Assembly (NCBI GenBank): GCA_019428945.1
Contig: JAHYJM010000004.1
Span: 2,294 to 66,293, forward strand
DNA from: Bacillota bacterium
Lineage (GTDB): Bacteria > Bacillota > Dethiobacteria > DTU022
Length of the DNA: 64,000 nucleotides
Direction: 5' to 3'
The notes under the pieces were generated by a model. That model was not told the DNA's origin. It saw nothing but the letters and a program-made list of their open reading frames with translations, and made no database searches. Both the position numbers and the translations under genes were made by a program. The first letter of the stretch is position 1. Each line of letters opens with the position of its first letter. This document shows, one piece after another, positions 20,928 to 29,667 of the stretch.

Positions 20928-21686
20928 ATGGCACAAATAATCGCAATTGCCAATCAAAAAGGCGGTGTCGGCAAGACCACTACAGCTATAAACCTGAGTG
21001 CGGCTCTGGCCAAACTTGGTCAGAAAATATTACTGATTGATATAGATCCACAGGGAAATGCTACAAGTGGACTCGGTTTATCAAAAAAAGAGATTAAACA
21101 ATGCATTTATAATATTTTAGTGGATGAAGTTAACGTTGAGGATGTAGTTATATCAACAAGGTGGCCAAACCTTGATATCGTGCCGGCTTCAATACAACTG
21201 GCCGGTGCTGAAATAGAATTGGTGCCTATGGTATCAAGAGAAGATAAGTTAAAAAAAGCGCTGGTTTCCATAAAAGACATATATGATTATATATTTATTG
21301 ACTGCCCGCCATCTCTGGGGTTATTAACTTTGAATGCGCTAAATGCAGCTCATGGAATATTAATACCAATTCAGTGTGAATATTATGCTTTAGAGGGCCT
21401 GGGTCAGCTCATGAACACAATTTCACTTGTAAGAAAACATTTAAACGAAAATCTTCGTATTGAGGGTGTGGTGCTGACAATGTACGATATGCGCACAAAC
21501 CTTTCAGAACAAGTAGCTGAGGAAGTACGTAATTATTTTAAACATTATGTTTATGAAACGATAATTCCCCGAAATGTACGCTTAAGTGAGGCCCCAAGCT
21601 ATGGACAGCATATTCTGGAATACGATCCCAGAAGTAAGGGGGCTGAACTGTATCTATCGCTGGCTGGGGAGGTCATAGAAAGATGA
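20928..21686 (+). CDS. soj: ParA/Soj ATPase
   Basis: NQKGGVGKTT, DIDPQGNA, IDCPPSLG, IPRNVRLSEAPS. Confidence 0.97.
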   Translation: MAQIIAIANQKGGVGKTTTAINLSAALAKLGQKILLIDIDPQGNATSGLGLSKKEIKQCIYNILVDEVNVEDVVISTRWPNLDIVPASIQLAGAEIELVPMVSREDKLKKALVSIKDIYDYIFIDCPPSLGLLTLNALNAAHGILIPIQCEYYALEGLGQLMNTISLVRKHLNENLRIEGVVLTMYDMRTNLSEQVAEEVRNYFKHYVYETIIPRNVRLSEAPSYGQHILEYDPRSKGAELYLSLAGEVIER

Positions 21687-22546
21687 ATGAAAAAAGACGT
21701 TTGGGAAAAGGACTTGGCGCACTTATTCCGGAAGTGCTTGCCGGTACAGGTGAATCAAGCGAAGTAGAACTGGATAGAATCAAACCAAACCCTTATCAAC
21801 CAAGGCAGTCTTTCGATGAAGAAAAACTGCGGGAACTGACTGAATCTATAAAGGAGCACGGTGTTTTACAGGCCGTTGTATTGTCACCTTCAGGTGACGA
21901 AGGATCATATTATCTTGTTGCCGGGGAACGTCGATGCAGGGCAGCCCGGAAAGCAGGATTGACCAGAGTCCCCGCTGTCATTAAAGCTTACGATGGTAAA
22001 GCTATGCTGGAAATTGCTTTGATTGAAAACTTGCAGAGAGAAAATCTGAATCCTATAGAGGAGGCTCGAGCCTATCAGAAACTGATGAAAGAGTTTAGCT
22101 ACACTCAGGAAGAGCTTGCAAGGAAACTCGGTCGGAGCAGGCCATCTGTTGCAAACTGTATAAGACTGCTTTCACTGTCAGAGCCTTTAATAATAGCCCT
22201 TGAAAAAGGCGACATGACATCAGGGCAGGCAAGACCGCTATTATCTATAAGTGATCCTGCCGTACAGCAGGAAGCAGCTATAAAGATTATGTCTGAAGGG
22301 CTTACAGCAAGAGAAGCTGAAAAAATAGCAGCGGGAATAATTGAAGCTAAGAACAAACCTGGTAAAACCACAATGAAAATAGAAGAAGATCCTATTCAGA
22401 CAGAACTACAGTTACAGATACAGAGGGTGCTCGGAACGAAGGTTAAAATCAAGCCTGGCAAAAATGGCGGTACCATCGAAATATATTACTACGGAGAAGA
22501 AGATCTTGAGCGATTAGTATCAAAGTTGTTGCCTGAAGGTTTGTAG
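21683..22546 (+). CDS. spo0J: ParB/Spo0J
   Basis: LGKGLGALIP, PNPYQPR, GERRCRA, ENLQRENLN. Confidence 0.96.
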   Translation: MNEKRRLGKGLGALIPEVLAGTGESSEVELDRIKPNPYQPRQSFDEEKLRELTESIKEHGVLQAVVLSPSGDEGSYYLVAGERRCRAARKAGLTRVPAVIKAYDGKAMLEIALIENLQRENLNPIEEARAYQKLMKEFSYTQEELARKLGRSRPSVANCIRLLSLSEPLIIALEKGDMTSGQARPLLSISDPAVQQEAAIKIMSEGLTAREAEKIAAGIIEAKNKPGKTTMKIEEDPIQTELQLQIQRVLGTKVKIKPGKNGGTIEIYYYGEEDLERLVSKLLPEGL

Positions 22547-22548
22547 AA

Positions 22549-22564
22549 TGTTTCACGTGAAACA
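22549..22564. other. parS: parS site 1
   Basis: Perfect palindrome TGTTTCACGTGAAACA. Confidence 0.97.
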
Positions 22565-22587
22565 TTTTCTGCTTTATTGGGGGGCAA

Positions 22588-22603
22588 TGTTTCACGTGAA
22601 ACA
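22588..22603. other. parS: parS site 2
   Basis: Perfect palindrome TGTTTCACGTGAAACA. Confidence 0.97.
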
Positions 22604-22797
22604 TTTTCTTTCATGGCAGGGCTAGGAGTTGTTCCGGGACAGTGTCAAACTAAATATGCCTTCTCCCGGCAGGCTTATTGATCAATTTATGTTTAGGTTG
22701 CACTGATATGTTATAATGAAAAAAGTTTATGTCGGGAGTGGCGCCAGGACACTAGTTTTGTGCGGGCCCGGCTTTTTTATCGCGAAAGGAAGTTTTT

Positions 22798-23745
22798 ATG
22801 GAGTCATCAAAAGCAAAACGCTGTTTTACGATCATGATAGTTCCCCATACTGAAGAATCTACCTTTAGCCTTCGGATTCCGCTCTTTGTTGTACAGGTTG
22901 TGGTAGTGTTTCTTGTATTGAGCTTGGTCGGGGTTTCAGTCCTTGGATATGCTTACCTTAAAGCCGCTGCTGAAGCAAATGAGGCAAATATGTTAAGACA
23001 GATAAACCGGGCGCAGCAGGAGGAAATAAACGCTCTTGCAATAGAAACTGAAAAAATGATGGAACAGATTCAGACTATTGATGAATTGGTAGACCTTGTT
23101 ACTGACAAACTTGACCTCGATCCGGAGGATTTGAATAACAGTGTTCAAAACCAGGCATTTGAAGGTCCTAATTCTTATGTTGCGAACAGCGCAGCGGAAG
23201 TATATGAATTTGACAGATCATACGGAAGCCGTGCTTTAACTACAAATGGAGTGCTTGGCCGGGCTGCTGAAAACATAATTCTGCTTCAGAACATTGTTCC
23301 CGAGAAATCAGAATCACTTGACACTGTTGGTGAATTTGTAATTCAGGCTGATGCTAAACCCTCTATTTGGCCCTGCAGGGGACGGCTTATTTCCGGATTT
23401 GGAATGAGACGGATTCCTTACAGCAGCGGCTACCAGTTCCACACAGGTGTTGATATTATCGGTGCGCACGGTTCGGAGATTTGGGCTACTGCAGGGGGTG
23501 AAGTTATTTTCACCGGATATAGGGGTAGTTATGGAAACATGGTTATTATAGACCATGGATATGAATATGAAACTTATTACGCTCATCTAACCGGCTTTGC
23601 TGTCAGGGCTGGTGATTTTGTTGAGAGGGGCCAAATAATAGGTTATATGGGTGCATCCGGTCGCGTAACAGGAACTCACCTTCACTATGAAGTTCACTAT
23701 GGTGGATCACCGGTAAATCCTAACAACTACATGAAAAAGCAGTAA
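22798..23745 (+). CDS. Membrane-anchored M23 family peptidoglycan endopeptidase (LmdC/Csd1-like architecture)
   Basis: Short cytoplasmic N-terminus FTIMIVPH..., TM helix, coiled coil, M23 motifs HTGVD and HLH. Confidence 0.9.
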   Translation: MESSKAKRCFTIMIVPHTEESTFSLRIPLFVVQVVVVFLVLSLVGVSVLGYAYLKAAAEANEANMLRQINRAQQEEINALAIETEKMMEQIQTIDELVDLVTDKLDLDPEDLNNSVQNQAFEGPNSYVANSAAEVYEFDRSYGSRALTTNGVLGRAAENIILLQNIVPEKSESLDTVGEFVIQADAKPSIWPCRGRLISGFGMRRIPYSSGYQFHTGVDIIGAHGSEIWATAGGEVIFTGYRGSYGNMVIIDHGYEYETYYAHLTGFAVRAGDFVERGQIIGYMGASGRVTGTHLHYEVHYGGSPVNPNNYMKKQ

Positions 23746-23763
23746 CTTAAGGAGGCACATAAT

Positions 23764-24201
23764 TTGTTTAAAAAAGATAACTTAGAAACACCGCCAGATA
23801 AAGTAAATACTGTGATCGGGAAAGATACAATATTTAAAGGGACTATTAACGGGAAGGGTTTAATCCGTATTGATGGCGAGGCAGAAGGTCATATTTTGAA
23901 CAAAGGCGATGTGATAATTGGCGAGAACGGCAGGGTATCCGTAGAAATGAAAGCCCGAAATATTACAATAGCCGGTCGTTATGAAGGGGATCTTACTGCT
24001 GAAGGAAGACTGGAGCTTAAGAGAACAGCTACGGTAGCTGGAACATTTAAAACCAACGGGTTAATGATTGAGGATGGCGCTGTAATTTCCGGAAATGTTG
24101 AAATGAAGAATAAAGAAACAGCCGAATCAGGCAAAAATAAAAGTGAATGGAGTTCAGGTCCACCAGAACCAGGTAAAGAGGATAAGAGTTTACAGAAATA
24201 A
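23764..24201 (+). CDS. Bactofilin (polymer-forming cytoskeletal protein)
   Basis: TVIGKDTIFKGTI...IRIDGEAEG...VIIGENGRV...ITIAGRYEGDL...LMIEDGAVISGNVEM; N-terminal MFKK; TTG start after AGGAGG. Confidence 0.93.
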   Translation: MFKKDNLETPPDKVNTVIGKDTIFKGTINGKGLIRIDGEAEGHILNKGDVIIGENGRVSVEMKARNITIAGRYEGDLTAEGRLELKRTATVAGTFKTNGLMIEDGAVISGNVEMKNKETAESGKNKSEWSSGPPEPGKEDKSLQK

Positions 24202-24256
24202 AGGATTAAAGAGAATAAATCCTTATAATTTCCTTAGCTGTATAGATACTTGATAA

Positions 24257-24283
24257 AAGCGCCTTTGCGGGCGCTTCATTTTT
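24257..24283 (+). terminator. Terminator after bactofilin
   Basis: AAGCGCC-N6-GGCGCTT then CATTTTT. Confidence 0.6.
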
Positions 24284-24470
24284 GCAAAAAAACTTTTTAT
24301 TAGTGAGGTTAGTAGCCACTTGAAATAATTCAACCGTTACAAAAACCTATGGTTCTCATAGTTAATGCTGTATTTTGGTTTAACTGCGCGGCAGCAGGAA
24401 TTAATGCAGAAAAGAAGAACCTTTATTAACTGGCACAAATTGTGAACACTCAGAAAGGTGAGGACTAGAT

Positions 24471-25118
24471 ATGTTAATTATTCTGCTGGGTCCGCCAGGT
24501 GCCGGGAAAGGTACACAGGCGGAAAGAATTGTAATCAAATATCAATTAGCCTATATTTCAACTGGAGACATTCTTAGAGGCGCTGTCAGGGAGCAAACCA
24601 ACCTGGGCCGAAAAGCAAAACAATATATGGATCAGGGTCAATTGGTGCCAGATGAATTGGTTGTCGCTATTGTTAAAGATCGACTGGCAGATCCTGATTG
24701 TGCGGAAGGCGCTTTATTGGACGGCTTTCCCCGCACAGTGGTCCAGGCTGACTTTCTTGAAAAAGCACTGCCTGAGATTGGGATAAAAATTGGCAAGGTA
24801 TTATCGATTGAAGTTGCAGAGGAAGAATTGATTGAACGCTTGACGGGAAGACGAGTTTGCAGTGAGTGCGGCGCTAATTTTCATCTGAAATTTAAGCCTC
24901 CCAAGGTTAGAAATGTTTGTGATCTTTGTGGGGGGGATCTTTATCAAAGAGATGATGACACACTTGAAACAGTAAAGGAGCGTCTTGAGGTTTATAAAAA
25001 ACAGACAGAACCACTGATTGCATTTTATGAGGAGAAAGGAATTTTAAGCCCAATTGATGGTAATCAGGATATCGAAGCTGTTAATGATCAGATAAATATA
25101 ATTCTAGAAAAGATTTAA
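24471..25118 (+). CDS. adk: Adenylate kinase (Zn-lid type)
   Basis: GPPGAGKGT, DGFPR, lid CSEC...CDLC, QRDDD. Confidence 0.97.
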   Translation: MLIILLGPPGAGKGTQAERIVIKYQLAYISTGDILRGAVREQTNLGRKAKQYMDQGQLVPDELVVAIVKDRLADPDCAEGALLDGFPRTVVQADFLEKALPEIGIKIGKVLSIEVAEEELIERLTGRRVCSECGANFHLKFKPPKVRNVCDLCGGDLYQRDDDTLETVKERLEVYKKQTEPLIAFYEEKGILSPIDGNQDIEAVNDQINIILEKI

Positions 25119-25137
25119 GGGTCGGTGAAAGACAGTA

Positions 25138-25320
25138 ATGGCAGATTATGCGGTAGGTCAGCTTGTCGAAATGAAAAAAGGTCATCCCTGTGGAGCAAAT
25201 AGGTGGCGCATAATCAGGGTAGGGATGGATTTTCGAATTAAATGTGAAAAATGCGGTCGCAGTGTCCTGATCCCAAGAAACCGCTTTGAAAGAAGAGTTA
25301 AAAACAGAATTGATGAGTAA
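25138..25320 (+). CDS. DUF951 family protein (YyzM-like)
   Basis: VEMKKGHPCGANRWRIIRVGMDFRIKCEKCGRSV. Confidence 0.88.
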   Translation: MADYAVGQLVEMKKGHPCGANRWRIIRVGMDFRIKCEKCGRSVLIPRNRFERRVKNRIDE

Positions 25321-26396
25321 TGTTCGAAGTGCCTGAGTCGGGGAACGGGGTTATGATGGATAAAAACTGGTCAATAGCTACCCGTATGATAGGGTTGCTT
25401 GCATTCATTGCAGCTGCCATATGGTTGCTCAACAGCCTGTCATGGCTTGTGGGTCTAATTTTGATCAGCATAATTATCGTATACATTTTACACCCCATTC
25501 TCACATGGATGAAAGAGCGGTTTAATTTGAGGCACGGCCCGGCCACCGTCATCGTATTTACTCTATTTATCCTTTTCTGTGTTTTTGTATTAAGCCTGGT
25601 CATCCCTGTAATTATTTACGAAGTTTCAGAACTGATTGATGCTTTTCCTCACTATGCTGAAAGATTTCAGGAATTTCTCTCCTGGTTTTCACAGCAGACA
25701 ATAAATCTTGATATTGAAGAAGAGGTAAGAAATTACCTGATTAATCTTACCGATAATCTGCATCAGGCTCTGGAATATATTGCAGAAGCATCGATGTCAC
25801 TAATCGGAGGCGCTATAGATTTCTTCCTTGTTCTTTTCCTGGTATTCTACCTTCTTTACGATTTTCAGGCCGTCAGAGAACAGATAGTTGGTTTAGTTCC
25901 GCTGGCAAAAAAAACGCTGGCCGAAGAAATCTTATTGATAATTGATACAAATGCGGGAACTTTTATTCGCGGGTCACTGATACGCTGTACTATAGTTGGT
26001 ATTGTGACCGGAATAGTGCTTGCTATTGTGGGTATGCCTTATGCGCTTCTGCTTGGTATGCTCGCCGGTTTATTTAATTTTATATTATATATTGGACCCT
26101 ATATAGCGGCTGTTCCTGCGCTTCTGCTTAGCTTTTCACCCCTTACCCCCTCTCCTCTCGTTGTTATTATTGTATATGTTGTGATCCAGGTGCTTGATGG
26201 TATGTTTTTAGCTCCCATAGTGCTCGGCAGAATTGTTAAACTCAAACCGATAACTGTAATTATTGCTATTCTTGCCGGCGGACGGCTGGCAGGTTTGCTG
26301 GGAATGGTTTTAGCTGTTCCTGTTGCTGGTATTATTAAAAACATTATTGAATTATTAAAAAGAGGTTCCGCTTACAGGAGCGAGGAAAAAAGTTAG
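25320..26396 (+). CDS. AI-2E family transporter (start may be ATG about 25353)
   Basis: YILHPIL, multiple TM segments, NFILYIGPYI, APIVLGRIVKLKP, GLLGMVLAVP. Confidence 0.88.
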   Translation: MFEVPESGNGVMMDKNWSIATRMIGLLAFIAAAIWLLNSLSWLVGLILISIIIVYILHPILTWMKERFNLRHGPATVIVFTLFILFCVFVLSLVIPVIIYEVSELIDAFPHYAERFQEFLSWFSQQTINLDIEEEVRNYLINLTDNLHQALEYIAEASMSLIGGAIDFFLVLFLVFYLLYDFQAVREQIVGLVPLAKKTLAEEILLIIDTNAGTFIRGSLIRCTIVGIVTGIVLAIVGMPYALLLGMLAGLFNFILYIGPYIAAVPALLLSFSPLTPSPLVVIIVYVVIQVLDGMFLAPIVLGRIVKLKPITVIIAILAGGRLAGLLGMVLAVPVAGIIKNIIELLKRGSAYRSEEKS

Positions 26397-26403
26397 CTAC
26401 TGC

Positions 26404-26432
26404 TTGCCATAGATTAGCATATATGCTATCAT
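26404..26432 (+). promoter_or_regulatory. sigmaA promoter of rpsF-ssb-rpsR
   Basis: TTGCCA-17-TATCAT with extended TG. Confidence 0.75.
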
Positions 26433-26440
26433 GTTTCAGG

Positions 26441-26491
26441 TTATTCCCTGCTCCTTAAAAGGGGCCATAAGTCCAGAGGGAGGTGAAAAAT
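26441..26491 (+). promoter_or_regulatory. S6:S18 ribosomal-protein leader (autoregulatory RNA)
   Basis: CCCTGCTCCTT...GGGGCC...AGTCC...GGAGGTG resembles the Firmicute rpsF leader with its CCC motif and SD-sequestering stem. Confidence 0.65.
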
Positions 26492-27037
26492 ATGGGATAT
26501 TATGAAATTATGCTTATCATCCGCCCGGATGTAGAAGCAGATGGACACCAGGAAGTTTTAGAAGATTTAAAAGCCGCTATTACCAAAGAAGGCGGAGATG
26601 TCAGCACTATCCTCGACTGGCGTAAACGTCGTTTGGCTTACGAAATCAACAAGCACAAAGAAGGACATTATTACCTGGTTTATTTTAGTGGACAGGGCAC
26701 AATTATTCCCGAAATTGAACATTATTTCAGGGTTACTGATGCCGTAATTCGCTATATGGTTGTGTCAGTCGAAGAAAAAGACTTTAATGCTGCAGCTGAA
26801 AAAGCTGCTGAAGCTGCTTCTGCAGCGGAAGCGCAGGCGGAAAAACAGGAAGAAGCTGCTGCTGCTGAAGAAACAGCAGCGGTTGAAGAGCCTGAAGTTG
26901 AAATTGTGCCTGAAGTTGATGAAGAACCTGAAGCGGAAGGACAAACTGAAGTGACGGAAGTAGCAGAGAAAGTTGAAGGGCAAGCTGAAGTTGAAGCCGC
27001 TGATGAAGTTCAGACAGATTCAAAAGTTGACGAGTAA
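26492..27037 (+). CDS. rpsF: 30S ribosomal protein S6 with long acidic C-terminal extension
   Basis: [10 protein letters not shown]...[18 protein letters not shown]...VIRYMVV; SD GGAGGTG before ATG 26492. Confidence 0.95.
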   Translation: MGYYEIMLIIRPDVEADGHQEVLEDLKAAITKEGGDVSTILDWRKRRLAYEINKHKEGHYYLVYFSGQGTIIPEIEHYFRVTDAVIRYMVVSVEEKDFNAAAEKAAEAASAAEAQAEKQEEAAAAEETAAVEEPEVEIVPEVDEEPEAEGQTEVTEVAEKVEGQAEVEAADEVQTDSKVDE

Positions 27038-27057
27038 AACCGAAAGGACGGTGTTTT

Positions 27058-27462
27058 ATGTTAAATCAGGTTGTATTAATCGGTCGTTTGACCCGTGATC
27101 CGGAACTGCGCTATACTCCCGGCAACGGAGTTCCCGTTGCATCGTTTACCCTTGCAGTTGACCGTCCTTTTACCAACCAGCAGGGAGAGCGGGAAGCTGA
27201 TTTTATCAATATAGTAACCTGGCGTAAACTCGCAGAAAATTGCGCCAACTATCTGAAAAAAGGCAGTCTGGCAGCTGTTACCGGCAGGTTACAGATACGG
27301 TCGTACGATGACAGCCAGGGAGTAAGACGTAAAGCCGCAGAAGTAATTGCTGATAATGTGCGTTTTCTTGATCGCGGCCGCAGCTCAGAAGACGGTCCGG
27401 GTGAATTTGACAGCCCAAATGTTGAAGATATTGATATCAGTGGAGAAGATGTTCCTTTTTAG
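27058..27462 (+). CDS. ssb: Single-stranded DNA-binding protein
   Basis: [20 protein letters not shown]; C-terminal EDVPF. Confidence 0.97.
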   Translation: MLNQVVLIGRLTRDPELRYTPGNGVPVASFTLAVDRPFTNQQGEREADFINIVTWRKLAENCANYLKKGSLAAVTGRLQIRSYDDSQGVRRKAAEVIADNVRFLDRGRSSEDGPGEFDSPNVEDIDISGEDVPF

Positions 27463-27480
27463 TGGAAGGAGGTTACTTAG

Positions 27481-27711
27481 TTGAGGCGTGACAGAGGCAG
27501 GAAGCCGAAGAAAAAAATCTGCAGTTACTGTGTGGATAAAATAGAATCTGTTGATTATAAGCAGTATGAAAAACTGAAGCGTTTTGTAACAGAAAGAGGC
27601 AAGGTGTTGCCTCGCCGAATTTCCGGCAATTGTGCCAGGCATCAGCGCCAGCTGACCAGGGCGATTAAAAAGGCCAGGATAATGGCCTTGCTTCCCTTTA
27701 CTTCAGAGTAA
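27481..27711 (+). CDS. rpsR: 30S ribosomal protein S18 (Zn-binding form)
   Basis: CSYC, IDY-like [22 protein letters not shown]. Confidence 0.97.
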   Translation: MRRDRGRKPKKKICSYCVDKIESVDYKQYEKLKRFVTERGKVLPRRISGNCARHQRQLTRAIKKARIMALLPFTSE

Positions 27712-27734
27712 AAGGATCAGGATTTATAATGTTT

Positions 27735-27772
27735 AAACGGTGCCGGGCAAATAAATGCGGGCACCGTTTTTT
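27735..27772 (+). terminator. Terminator after rpsR
   Basis: AAACGGTGCC...GGCACCGTTT followed by further T residues. Confidence 0.8.
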
Positions 27773-27841
27773 ATTTGGCAGGATCGTTCACACCGGGAAG
27801 CGAATTTACATTTATGATGTTTGGAAAGGAGCAGTTATAAT

Positions 27842-28288
27842 ATGCAGGTTATACTTCAACAGGATGTTCCTAATTTGGGTAAAAAAGGTGAGTTAAAAGA
27901 TGTCGCTCCGGGATATGCCCGTAATCATTTGCTGCCCCGTAATCTGGCAGTAGAGGCCACTCCTCAGAGACTGAAAGACTGGGTAAAGCATCAGGATAAA
28001 CTTGAAACTGAAAGCCGCAGGCAGGAAGAACATGCCCGGGCCTTGGCCGGGAAAATGGCTGATATAAAATTAACTTTCAAAATGCCGGCTGGTGAAGGCG
28101 GGCGTTTATTTGGCTCAGTAACCCCGGCTGATATAGCCGGTAAATTGAAAGAGGCAGGTTTTGAAGTAGAGAAAAAGAAAATAGAGCTTGAAGAACCAAT
28201 TAAAAGCCTGGGCCTTTTTAATGCAGCTATCCGCCTTCATCCTGGGGTCAAGGCTGATATCAGGCTTGCGGTGGAAAAAGAGGATTAG
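27842..28288 (+). CDS. rplI: 50S ribosomal protein L9
   Basis: [16 protein letters not shown]...GYARNHLLP...GRLFGSVT; SD AAGGAG. Confidence 0.96.
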   Translation: MQVILQQDVPNLGKKGELKDVAPGYARNHLLPRNLAVEATPQRLKDWVKHQDKLETESRRQEEHARALAGKMADIKLTFKMPAGEGGRLFGSVTPADIAGKLKEAGFEVEKKKIELEEPIKSLGLFNAAIRLHPGVKADIRLAVEKED

Positions 28289-28314
28289 CGAAAGCTGAAG
28301 GGAGTCATCAGCGG

Positions 28315-29661
28315 TTGGTTGTCATAAGCGACAGAGTTCCTCCACAAAGCAAAGAAGCTGAACAATCAGTTCTCGGTTCCATGATCATCGACCGGGAATC
28401 GATATTTTTAGCTGCAGAACTTTTAACAGAGCAGGATTTTTACAGCACTGCTCATCAAAAAATATTTTCCGGAATTATTTCTTTGAGTGAAAAGGGAGAA
28501 CCGGTTGATCTTGTTACTCTTTCTGAAGAGCTGCAGCGAAAACAATGTCTGGATGAGATTGGTGGACGTTCATACCTCGTAACTCTTGCCAATGCTGTTC
28601 CTACAGCGGCAAATGTACAGTATCATTCCCAGATTGTCCGTGAAAAATCGATTTTGCGTGCCCTTATTCAGACTGCGACCGGTATTGTATCGCGCAGTTT
28701 TGACGCTCCTCACAATGTAGACGAATTTCTTGATGAGGCAGAGCAAATGATCTTTGAAATCGGAAAGAGGGGGAAACAGCAGGGATTTGCTTCTCTGAAA
28801 GAAGTCCTCGTGCAGGCCTTTGATCGTATAGAAAAATTATATGATGAGAAAAAAGGCGTGACGGGAATTTCGACCGGTTTTACCGATCTTGATCGGCTGA
28901 CATCAGGCCTTCAGAATTCTGATCTGATAGTTATCGCTGCCCGTCCCAGTATGGGAAAAACAACCTTGGCTCTTAATATGGCCCAACAGATTGCGGTCAG
29001 AGAGAAAAAGCCTACTGCGATATTCAGTATGGAAATGTCAAAAGATCAACTGGCTCAGCGTTTGCTTTGCGCAGAATCTCAAATCGATGCCCAGAACATG
29101 AGACGTGGTTTCCTTTCACAGGAAGAGTGGCATAAGCTAACCAGGGCTGTTGGACCCTTAAGTGAATCACCCCTGTACATTGATGATAGTGCTTCACTTT
29201 CTGTAATGGAGGTCAGGGCTAAAGCCAGGCGTTTAAAAGCAGAAAAAGGGTTGGAAGCAATTTTTGTTGATTATCTGCAGTTAATGCGCGGGTTCAGCCG
29301 CTCAGAGAGCAGGCAGCAGGAACTTTCTGAAATTTCCAGAGCGTTAAAAGCTCTTGCGAAAGAGCTAACAGTTCCTGTTGTTGCACTTTCCCAGTTGAGC
29401 CGGGCCGTAGAAAAAAGGCCGGATCGCAGACCAATTCTCAGTGATCTGATGGAATCAGGAGGTATTGAGGCGAATGCCGACCTGGTAATGTTCATATACC
29501 GGGAATCATATTACAACAAGGATTCAGATAAAGGTAATATTGCAGAAATTAATATAGCTAAACAAAGAAACGGGCCAACAGGCCTGGTTGAACTTTACTT
29601 TCTTGATCGCTATACAAAATTTGCCAACGTAGCCCAAAAATCAATCAGAGAAGAAGGGTGA
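28315..29661 (+). CDS. dnaB: Replicative DNA helicase (DnaB; DnaC in B. subtilis naming)
   Basis: PPQSKEAEQSVLG, ARPSMGKT, FSMEMS, VDYLQL, ALSQLSR, AKQRNGPTG. Confidence 0.97.
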   Translation: MVVISDRVPPQSKEAEQSVLGSMIIDRESIFLAAELLTEQDFYSTAHQKIFSGIISLSEKGEPVDLVTLSEELQRKQCLDEIGGRSYLVTLANAVPTAANVQYHSQIVREKSILRALIQTATGIVSRSFDAPHNVDEFLDEAEQMIFEIGKRGKQQGFASLKEVLVQAFDRIEKLYDEKKGVTGISTGFTDLDRLTSGLQNSDLIVIAARPSMGKTTLALNMAQQIAVREKKPTAIFSMEMSKDQLAQRLLCAESQIDAQNMRRGFLSQEEWHKLTRAVGPLSESPLYIDDSASLSVMEVRAKARRLKAEKGLEAIFVDYLQLMRGFSRSESRQQELSEISRALKALAKELTVPVVALSQLSRAVEKRPDRRPILSDLMESGGIEANADLVMFIYRESYYNKDSDKGNIAEINIAKQRNGPTGLVELYFLDRYTKFANVAQKSIREEG

Positions 29662-29667
29662 TTGATA

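Noticed and set aside
27531-27539. Perfect DnaA box TGTGGATAA inside rpsR
   Set aside because: Isolated and explained by the Cys-Val-Asp-Lys codons.
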